Source: Owenia fusiformis | Lineage: Eukaryota | NCBI GenBank assembly: GCA_903813345.2 | Contig: CAIIXF020000001.1 | Location: 15,004,001-15,068,000, forward strand | DNA: 64,000 nt | Reading direction: 5' to 3' | Part shown: positions 25,001 through 37,000 of the stretch, one piece after another | Position numbering within the stretch: the first letter of the stretch is position 1 | How the letters are laid out: each line of letters starts with the position of its first letter | Position numbers and translations under genes: made by a program | The notes under the pieces: generated by a model | Seen by the model: the letters and a program-made list of their open reading frames with translations, nothing else | Told to the model about the DNA's origin: nothing | Database searches by the model: none

Positions 25001-28000
25001 AGAAAAAAGTGATATATTGTCCCACCAACTAAACAAAAAGGATCTAGTAGGTGATGTGTGGTCTACCTACCAATACTGTCTAACCAATATTGCAATCTTA
25101 CTTTAGGATTAAAATGTGAGACTTTGGTGTCTTAGCCCTACCTTTTTCTCGATAATCTCAGGACACCATTTGTTTCTTTTCCAATACAATTTATTTTGAG
25201 TGTGACTTTCTGATCTTCCGGGGGCAGTCCAGTTTCACATTGACTTCTTATCTTTGTCACCTCTGCGATGAAATTAGACTCTGCATGAGCCTTTGCATTG
25301 AGATAGGTGACAACAAGCATCAAAATGATTCGACTGGATGCTATCTGAAACTCAGTTTATAAAGAAGATACATCACTTTTTCTGTTACCTCCTCCAGAAG
25401 TGGTGACATATTGTTATATTCTCCAACTTTTTTGTGGACAATTTTCATTGGTCGGCATCTTATCCAAATGGTAGGTGGTGGCATTTTGCATGTTTAAATG
25501 ACTTGATTTTATTTGGCATTAGTCAACAATAAAATAGTTTTCCAAAATTAGTAAGACACTGCAGAATAAAAGTTGATTTACCATAAATGCCAAAAGGATC
25601 TTATTTATGTACAACTACAGTAGTTAATTGACAAGAAAGGATATCCTTAAACATATTTTATCTCAAGCCTCCTAAACCAATTATTTTTGGATACAAGTAT
25701 TCAGGCTTCCCACATATACATTACTAAAAGGCATGAATCTCATCATATGTTACATAATGCATGATTACCCTCAATGAATAATAAACCGAAATATATTATT
25801 AGTAAACATCTTTTAAGAATGCGTTCAAGTCATATATTTTTCTCTGAGTGTTTAAAGCTAATTTAAGAGATAAGACTAAACAACTTACCATTTTGTTGGG
25901 AAACCTTTATAAGCATCAGCAAAGTGTCTAAATATAGTTTACAATTGATTGCTGGATCATCGAGCCCTTATTAATTTTATCTAATGTGTATGTAGGCTGA
26001 GATTGTTATTTTACATTGAAATTTATGTAAAATTTATGATGTATCTTGAGATCAAATATTTTCTGAAATTAAAATGAGTTATTCATGTATTGAATTAATC
26101 TCCAAAAATGGAAAGATGCTATATTTATTGTTTTTAGTCCTCCACTGTCCAGTATATCTATTCTAATCATAATAAGTTCTCCGATTAACAATAATAAAAA
26201 GCCTGCTATAAGGGAGAATGAATAAACAAATTATCAATAAGACAATGTTTGATGATTGTCCTTATTTATGTGCTTGCTTTCAATACTATAACATTTAAAC
26301 ATGTCATAGATTCATACTGTAATTTTATGCAAACTAAATACTTATCAAAGGTATATTTAGTGGTTATGTTACTATTACAGGAAATATGCCTGAGTTCTCC
26401 CAATATAGGCAACCTTGGGCGGCTCTATATTTGAGGGAGAACGAAGGCATATTTTATGTCATAGTGACATAACTGATGTATTACATACCTTTATTCTCTT
26501 GGCTACTTTGTATCAATGATGTCACACATCTGTGTGTGAGTAGAATTTGATCGAAGTGAAACATGACATCATGCTATTGTCACTATTAAAGAATCTAATA
26601 TCAAAACGAGGTAAGCAGGCTATATGAGGATAATCGGACAATATCGGTTGATATAGCCTGCTAACTTTCCCATTGACTTCCATACAAATGCTTTAATAGG
26701 TATGTTATACAAAAAGATATATGTATGTACTGTATGTATATTTATTTATCCCATACGTGGACGTGTTACGGGTACATAAAGCTGGTTTGTAAAAACTTAT
26801 ATTTTCATCAGCGGGCAGATATAGCTTTACGTCCCGCTCCGAGCGGGCAGATATAGTATATCTGCCCGCTACGTCACAATCGCTGTTCCCGTATTGGTTC
26901 TTTTTTGTAACGTTCGCATACTGAATGGATAAAAACGCAGGCAATCGCGATCTGTTTGATGCTTTAAAAAGGGAAGGAGCAGTATGCCCCGTTAATAATC
27001 AAAGATTTGAATGGGAAAATCTGGCTACGGACAAGAATACAAAACTGGACATGAATATTTTAAAATAATTCCTCGGTTGGTTGCAAAGTTTCTGAACTTT
27101 GGCCAATTAAACAATGTGATTGGTATGGGATAAACAGATCATCCTATAGTCGGTTCAGGATAGATGTATCTTTATTTACCAGCAGACAATTCACCTGTAA
27201 GGGCATTTACCTTGGTTGCATTAATGGACATTTATAGAGATAAATTCAACATGTTTTATAGTAATGGCTTATTAGCAAACAAGGTATTATTCTTTATCTC
27301 TGTCATTGGCCTTGATAGTTGATATTCTTATAAATCAAATCAGATGTCAGGATACCATGCTCAATTGATTTAGCATTGTATGTCCTTCAACCTGAAGGAC
27401 AAATTACTGTATAACATGAAATATTGCCGTGGATATAAAGTTGCCGATTGCCGATTGTAAAACAGAAACGGCAACATAAAATTCGGAAATATAATTTAGT
27501 AATTGAAGATCGATCTTAGTGGGCGATAATAGTTGTTGTCTAACGTGTGTCAACTTACTGTAATAGGGTAATTTTATAACGAGTATCAACTTACTATACT
27601 TTAACAAAAATCATAAATAAAATACGATAAAATCAAAGCTTTATTTCCCAGCATTACAATTACAAAAAAGGTTAATAATAAAAATCTTGCAGTTAAAATG
27701 CATGCAGTAAATTCGACAAAATATTAAAAGGATTGTCATGTTAAAAAGTTAAAATGTCAGAAGATATAATCGTATCCAAGTGCTTTGGAAATCCCAGTAT
27801 TAAAAGTTTTTAATCCCGATATTAAAAGTTTTTAATCCTGGTATTAATTGTCCTGAGTCTATCAAATGCGGGTATTATGTGAATAAATCACTCAAATTGT
27901 CACTCATATAATGTCAGGATGTCAGGTTTTCTGAGTCAGTCAAATGAAGGTGATTAAAATTCAGTTGTAAATCAAAATTATATTATAGTCAGAAACCCAT

Positions 28001-31000
28001 GCCTCTCTATCGTTTCAAAAAATTTACCCAACGTGTTCGTCTCTGTTAATTTATGGCATCCATACTTTTTTGAAAGGTAACACTTTGAGGTTCAATTTTC
28101 TGCCGGATGCCCTTGCAAACTCTCATTGGTTGCTCTGTATTGTAGCATTCCGTTACCATGGTTACGCATCTATAGACACCTTACCTTGGAATCTTAAATC
28201 ATTTGTAGCTTTGTCATTATTTTGTCTATAGAAATGATATTGGTATCAAATTAAACCTAAAACAATTTCCAATATAATTACAATATTCAATTATGCAAAT
28301 TAGCTCATTTGCATAAATTGTGACGTCATAAATCCATTTTTGGTTCAGAATTTTCAAGTATAGCAATGTATCTTTAAGAACTGAAGCCGTACGGTAGAAT
28401 TTCTTCAAGGTTATGACTTTTATTCTATGTGCAAAAGGTTTAAGCAACATAAAAGTGACAACAGATTCAAAATTGGATCAGAACAAACAAAGTTATTAAG
28501 CTTTCTAGGCAGCTACCATGAACGTTATCATTTAACAATTAACTTTAAACATCTTACCTTAGAATTGAAATGTTTGGTAGCTTTGTCATTATTTGGTCTA
28601 TAGAGGAGATCTTGGTATCAAATTGATCCGAATTGAATAACCGGTATGGTAACGATATTCAATTATGCAAATTAGCTAATTTGAATAAATCATGATGTCA
28701 TCAATCTATTTTTGGTTCAGAACTTCCAAGTATAGCAACATATTTATTAGATCCGAGGTTGTATGGCGTAGTTTCTGCATAGTTTGTCATTTATTCTATG
28801 AGTGGAAGAGGTATGAGCAACATAAAAATGATTCAAAATTGAATTAGTATTAGCAAAGTAATTCATCTTTTGAGACAGCTACTATGAATGTTACTATTTG
28901 ACAATCATAAATAAAACACTAAAATAACAAAAAGGAAACAAAGCTGATTCAAGCTTATTGAGTGAAAAATATATAGTTTCCATGTCACTGAATTAATTGG
29001 TCTATAGAAATGATACAGGTATTTGTAATTTTGACTATCATTGACAGGGGTCAAAACAATTTTTTTGATTCATAGGCGTCAATCTATTTAAAAAGGCGAA
29101 ACATCATGACTACATGGTCAAACATAAATATTTGTGCTGCGATTCAAGCAGTGAACATCTACATGAATTTTTTAACTGATTTGCTTCATAGGCATCAATC
29201 TATTTAAACATCATGAAAGGTCAAACATTAATATTTGTGCTGGGTTTCAAGCAGTGAACATCTATATGACCTGTTTATACAAATTGATGACGTTATATCA
29301 CAAAATGTATGTCATTGCTGTTTTTTTTATGTCACCATCAAAAGCGGTGACATATTATTATGGTCTCCATTTATTGAGATGGCGTTTGGCATCTGGTGTC
29401 TGGCCTTGGCCATCTGTAACAAATGGTAGGTGGTGATATTTTGCATGTTTATGCCTTGTTTAAATCATTTACAAAATGTTATAAAAAATATCAAAATAAT
29501 ATATTTTTTAAAAACCTCATTTAAAAAACAGCAAGAACATTCATTTTGTGATGATAACGTGTTTTCATTTATTACAGGTTGTTTAGACCTCCACTGCTTG
29601 ATATTGGAAAAAGATTGACTTTTTGCATGCTGGTGACTTGGCGCCATTCTTACACCTAAAACCTAACTTATTTTACCATACTATATGCTTATTTGTTGAA
29701 TTTTCTAGCAGAAATCGGCTCCCCTTCATTCATTTTGTCAGATTATTGGCAGTGACATTAAAAATACAATTTTTATTATTATTATCTAGGGTGTCTCAAA
29801 AAATGTACCCAAAAGTATATCAACAGCAAAGATAAATCAATCAATATTTTCAGATATTTTTTGCATGGTAATTTAGGAAAAGCATTTAAGTTTTCTCTCC
29901 AAATCTAAATTTATAGTTCAGTCTTGCCTTTTTGATGCTTTAACCCTTTTTATTCCATGTGTTTAATTTAACCTCCTTACATTTCGATGAAAGACTGCAT
30001 CCTTACTGCTACATTGTCTATCGTATATGATAATGTTTCTGGTGGAATGTTTTGAATTTCCTTTTACATGTTGATCTCAAGTTGTTCTATGTTCTCTTGG
30101 CTTGGGATAAGCATAAACATGGTTCTTGAAGTCACCCCAGAGAAAATGTTTGGGGTGTCAAATCTGTTGAATAGGGAGGCCCTCACAATGTCTTTACACA
30201 GAGAGAAGAAACTGCTTTCATGGGAATTTTTGTGTGGTCCTTGCTGTACATGGAGGTACTCAAACTGTCTGGAACCACAGTGTTCTCATTTGTATATCAT
30301 TCAGTCTCCGTAACTCTGGCAGATGGAACTCCATTATCAATTAACCGCTAAATCATTTGACGATAATTGACCTGGTTCTCTGTGATTGTTCTGCCATATT
30401 CAACCTTGGAACTTCTTTCTCTGGGGTTATTTGAAGGAGCATGTTAAGCTAACCCCAAGCCAAAAGACCTGGAACAACATAAGGCCAATACCCAAAGAGA
30501 AAATCAAAACGTTCCACTTGAAACATTATCAAATGTAATGAACAATCTAGCAAAAGGATACAGGCTGTCATCGAAATATGAAATAAAAAGTAAAGGGTTA
30601 AATCATCAAAAAGGCAAGACTGAACTAAAAACTTTGTATTGGGGAGGAAACTTACATGCTTCAGCAACATGACCATGCAAAAATATCTGAAAATATTGAT
30701 TGGTTTATCTGTGCCATTAATATTCTTTTGGGTACATTTTTGAGACACCTAGTACCAAGCTATTATAGTTCATAGATAGTATTGCATTTTTATATTAAGT
30801 GTTAATGAAGCGTAGAAATGAATAGTGAGGACTTGTGTGAACCCTAGTGAACCCAAGAGTTCCTACATCCAAGTGTCACTGATTTCCATGTGACTAACAT
30901 CACCTTAATAGTGTAACTTTGAACAAATTAACGATTTATCACCATGTCATCCATGTGACATTGATATCCGCGTTAACATCACCTATATGGCATTCATTCA

Positions 31001-34000
31001 TGTTATAATCTTCATGTACCATTATCCATGTCCGGAACCTATATGGCAGTGGTTGAGTTTTTCTTTTGTATCTATTTCAGTGGTGACTTTCATGACAGGG
31101 ATGCTTTTTATTCTTAATGTATCCATCATCTTTGTCAAATTGATCTCCATGTTCACCTCACCAGTGTGATTTGACTTCCAAATATCATCTGTATGACATT
31201 AATCTCCTTGTTTTTGATATAATCTGTTATATTGATTAGATCTTCAGAAACCCTTGTCTGAAAATAATTTAAATATCTGCAATGAAATAATATCTCTGCT
31301 CCCTAAACTACATACTGTATGCTATTTTCATGCCACATTTAAGCTTCTAAACTATAAAAAGTATATTAAAATAGTTTAGATTCAACCTCTGTCAATCATG
31401 TTACTTGATTAACTCCTTTATTTTGCACCAAAATCTCCTGTTGTTACTGTTCTCAGTTTTGAATGGTATCCATACTCTATGGGGGTATACCTGAAATCCA
31501 TCCATTTGAGACTCATATTTTTTCATAGATTTTTACATATTTCATATTTTGGAAACCCCTTTTAAAACAAGTTTAGATAATAAGTTCTATACCACACATA
31601 CTTCCATTGGAGATGTAGGAAACCTATAAATAGATATAGGAAGGGTTAGTTAAAGAGGCTCTATGCCATAGGATAACACAATCAAGACCCCTCTGGACTT
31701 TTTTTGCATATTGAGTTTCACCACATATATACCCATCTACTTACCAAAGAAGAAGTCCCAAATCCCCCTCTTTCAGTGTTAAGTTTGCGATTGTGCTGGC
31801 TGATCTAATTATTTTCGAAGAAATTAATTCAATCTGAAGTTTGAATATACCAGGAAAGTCATCCTGTTATCTGATTGGTGGTTGAATCTATTTATCATAA
31901 ACCTGATTGCCTGCCTGGTTCAAGGTGCTTGTGTGACTCAATGGGGATTCCCCTCGCTAGCCGAGGAATCGATTGTGTTTAATTCTGGAGTTTGGTTGTT
32001 CTGTTGATTATTTCCGATATTTCGGCAATAACATACCCAAAAGCTATTCTCAAAATATATCCATGGTATGTGAGATATTATATGAGCAATAACAATAGGA
32101 CATCATTGATTGTCTGGGGGAGAAACCTATGGCATAATGCATCTTTAAAGTCCTACGAATATCACTTCTTTTAAAGGGCATTTTTTCTTCGTGGCTATTT
32201 CAGCAGACTTTAATTTCAGGATTACAAGTACTACTACTGAGCTCTTTGTATGGATTTGGTTATCATTTTTCATTGCATATCAAAGAGGTTATACTATGTA
32301 AAAGTATATAAAAATCATTCTAAGGTTGAATCACCAAGGATTTTGAAGGTTACAAAAATCCCCTAAAGTAGTTGTCATATTAGTAGACTGTACCCTACCA
32401 TCTGCCAGAAAGTATTCACACAGTGGCGTACACTGAGCTAAAAGGCCTAAGTGTGACAGCTCCATCAAAGGAATGCATCCTGGAGGTGTGATGTGACTCC
32501 CTCAATACTTGACACAAGTTCTAAAATTGACACTCTATCTGTATTTTGAATATAAAATGGTAATTAAGATGTATTTAGCTTACGTCCAAATATCAACAAA
32601 ATTTTGTTTTCAGCTTTTTCACATGTTAGAAATCAAATGAAACCAAGAACACTCCTCCATATAAATTTTGTAAATATTAATATGTATACTAGTCAACATA
32701 TGTCAAAATAGCATAATTAAAGCATTACTATGTATTTATATGAATCATTGACAGTGTATGGTAAATTATAAAATTGGATTTTAAAATACAGGATCGAGAT
32801 CACACGATTTTGACCCCTGTGAATGATAGTCAAAATACATGTAACATCTCCACATACTTACATGTTCAGTTCAATGGAATAATATGAACAAGTCATGTAC
32901 ATTTTTACTCAATAAGATTGAAACAACAATGTTTGTTTCTTTTTTCGTTATTGTAAAACTTTTTATAATTGTCGTTCCCAGTAGCTGCCCCAAAAGCTGA
33001 ATAACTGCTAATTCTGATCCAATTCTGAATCTGTTGTCTCTTGAATGTTGCCTATATATCTTGCACTCATCAAATAAAGGTCAAAACTATGCACACATTC
33101 TGTCATACGGCCTCAGTTCTAATAGGTATGTTGCTAAACTGGGATATTCTGAACAAAATAGATTGATGACGTCACACTTTATGCAAATTAGCTAATTTGC
33201 ATAATAGAACATTGTAATAGTACAGGAAATTTAATAAGGTCTAATTCGATACCAATATCATTTCTATAGACCAAATAATGACAAAGCTACAAACATTTTA
33301 AACTTCCATAGTAAGATGTCTGAATATAAATGTCAAATAATGACATTCACAGTAGCTTCCTCGAAAGTTTAATAACTTTGGTAATACTGATCCAATTTTG
33401 AATCTGTTTTCACTTTTATGTTGCTTATACCTTCTTCTTATAGTCTGAAGGACCAAATTTTGCAGAAATTCTGCCATACGGCCTCAATTCTAATAGATAT
33501 GTTGCTATACTTGAAAATTCTGAATCAAAAATTGATTGATGACGTCACAATTTATGCAAATGAGCTAATTTGCATAACTGAATATCATTAGTTTATGGGA
33601 AATTTAATTAGGTTTAATTTGATACCAATATCATCTCTGTAGACCAAATAATGACAAAGTTAGAAATGATCTAAGATTCCAAGGTAAGATGTTTATAGAT
33701 GCGTAACCATGGTAACAGAATGCTACAATACAGAGCAACCAATGAGAGTTTGCAAGGGCATCCGGCAGAAAATTGAACCTCAAAGTGTTACCTTTCAAAA
33801 AAGTATGGATGCCATAAATTAACAGAGACGAATACGTTGGATAAATTTTTTGAAACGATAGAGAGGCATGGGTTTCTGACTATTAGGGGTGTCAGCTTAG
33901 CAATATTTTATTTGGCTTTTCATTCAGGGGTGTCAGGTCGGCAAACTTTTATTCGGCAATAACAATTTTAATCCAATTCGGAAAATAAAGCACCCGGATT

Positions 34001-37000
34001 TAATACATGTTATACAGTAATTCTTGATAAATTTCGTAATGTAAGAATCCCATATATCATTTAATGTCCCTGACCTTCGACAAGAATGTAAAAACATATG
34101 AAAAATGATAATCTTAATATGATGAATGAGGTCACAATAACAGTTGAATGAGAGTATCAATATTTAGTCCTGTGTGCATTATGTGTATTTGTAGTACAGG
34201 CCCTCATCCTTTTAAATTAGCAATATAGAATGATACATGATTCTTTATTCCTTAAATATATGATCAGCACTGATTTTATCCTGGCCAATGCCAACAGCCT
34301 CAATCATTGCAGCATTTCAGCCAACAATCACTGGTCACTATCAAGATGCAGTAACAGCCGTTACCTTCTCATCTAAGATGGTGGATGGAAAGTGTCGTTT
34401 TTGATATTTTTGGTTTTGGTGGAATTAAACTACTTTATAATTGACTTAATGCTTTGATATTTGAACTTGATAAGCCTTATATATCATTGAAACTTTAAAG
34501 TATGACAATTTGTTCTTAAATCATGCGGGGGTGCCATGATTCAACTATATGTTACATCGCTTAAGGGAAGGTAACTGAGATTTTGATTTTGCAAATGATA
34601 CGATAACTGATCTGTGGTGATGCAGTAACATTATGAGAGTTTATAATGGAGGGCGAGTTCACATAGCAAAACCTGATATATGACAAGTGGGGATTCACAT
34701 TATCTCGATTCCCAATTTCAATTAATTAATCGACATTGACACCTGTCCCGACATTTAGCTCCAATTTTTTATAAGAAAAGTTGCTATCTGGGACGTCTAT
34801 TGCATGGCATTGTATCGTATGGTCCAGGATAAATGCTACACTTTCCAACCGTAATGTACAAAAACTGCACATTATAGCGAAGTGCATCATTTTGGTCTGA
34901 AACAAAAAAATCTATATCATTAACTTCATACAGTAACCGCATCATCTTGGAAACAGACTTGTCAGTTATAAATGCAGACATGCACCTCCAGTTACCTTTC
35001 CTTAAGCGGTGACATAGAGTTGAATTATGGCGTCCAAGTATGATTTACGAACAAATGGTCATACTCCAAAGTTTCCATACTATGTAAGGCTTATCAAGTT
35101 TAAATATCTAAGCATTACGTCAATTATAAAGGTTACCATTATAAAGTAGTTTAGTTCGACATAAACCAAAAATATCAAAATCGACACTTTCCGTTCGCCA
35201 TCTTAGATGAGAAGGTAACGGCTGTTACCACATCTTGATACTGACCAGTGAACAATGAACAGAATAAATTGAGCAGTTTTATATTTTGCCATATATCATA
35301 AAGGCCTTTATTCCTTATTTGATATCTAGGAAAGCTATTAGAAAGTCCTTTCTGGCTCCTCATATATCCAGTTGGCTATGGTATCCACGAGCTTGTTTAA
35401 GAAATACGAGTACAGGGTGACCCAAAAAAAATGCAACCCTCCATTTCGTCAATATTTTTCTTAAATGGAGGTGAATTGCTCTGAGATTTAGCACACAAGG
35501 ACTTCATTCTATGTGGGATCCTTTGGCAAAGTTTTAATAATCATAGTATTATATTGATAGAGTTCTGGTTGTTTCAAAATATGCTCCAGATGTCGTCAAT
35601 TTCCCTAAAAACAAACTTGCAATGTTCAAGGAAAACTGTTCATAACACGTATGTATTCTTCCCCATGGATATGGCTCAAATTTTTGCAGCCATTGCTTAT
35701 TGGAGTTCTGCAATTGCGGTAGGGTTATTTTCATACACATTAACCTTTAAATAACCCCGTATATAGAAGTCAGAGGCATTGAGCTCAAGACTGTGGGATG
35801 ACCATGGGTCCTCCATCCTAGGAGAGATAATCTTCTCATAGAAATGACTAGTGAGCCAGGCTATGCTATCATTAGAAGTGTGAGGAGTAGCTCCATCCTT
35901 CTAGAACCACTGTTCTTGTCTATTGAAGCCTCTGTGTCACTCTAAAACTGCCTGGGGAACACCAATATTGCGCTGTGTGTTAACAGTAACAGTGTTGGCA
36001 TTATCAACCTCAAACCAAAAGGGGCTGATGATTTCATGTTTGAAATTGGCAGCCCAAGCTGTGCATTTAACAGAATGTAGGGGCCTGTGAAGCACTTTAT
36101 CTGGAATTTGTGATCCCAGAACACATTATTTCTTGAGTTTACATGTTCAGAAAGAAGGGAATGTGACTCATCCGAAAACCTAACATCGGAAATGGAAAAC
36201 ATAAACTCTATCAATATAAGACTATGATTATTGAAACTTTGCCAGAGGATCCCACATTGAATGAAGTCCTTGTGTGCCAAATTTCAGAGCAATTTACCTC
36301 CATTTAAGAAAAATATACAAGAAATAGAGGGTTGCATTTTTTTGGGGTCACCCTGTATAACTATTATTCATGAATCTGTTAATGTCTTTATATTTCTTAT
36401 AAAGATGTCAGGCTTGATATTTAGCATCCATAGCTCAGCAGTAGTGAGGCATACTTTCTGCAATAAAAGCACAGTGGAATGGGACACTTTCAGCCAACTG
36501 TCCCTTGTGCAATCATTTCCCAGAAAGATCCACAATTTTTGAATTACATGTAACTAATTGGGTATAGATTTTGTACAGTGCAACTTTTATGGAAGAAAGT
36601 TTTACTGCACATAACATACATGATATATTAAATTTCATTCCTATAAGTCATGATATTCTACCTAATAATTAACCATGTCTATACTGATGTTGAACACACA
36701 ATCAAAATCAACAAAAGAAACAATCTGACCATTGATAAAGATACAATTGTAGTATAACTGATTGAAGTTAGTATTCAGCATACATGATATGCATTCCATC
36801 CTAGTATGTATATCATGTGTAAGTATGGTCAATATTCTCATATCCCATCACTCCATCCATACTTTTTTGTAAAATTATAATTCAGTTTTCTTAACTTTTA
36901 CAGAAACTTTTATATATGTTTGCAATAAATACATGCAAGTTATTTCTGTGCAAGTGTTATGGATCAGTCACACAGTACCTTAGGAATCAAATGGATTACT

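Larger units (their letters stand above)
27406..34017. mobile_element. Probable TA-flanked DNA element whose two ends are separated by nested insertions
   Basis: TA|CTGTATAACATG at 27406 and CATGTTATACAG|TA at 34017, each with GCCGA/TCGGC subterminal motifs. Confidence 0.5.
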
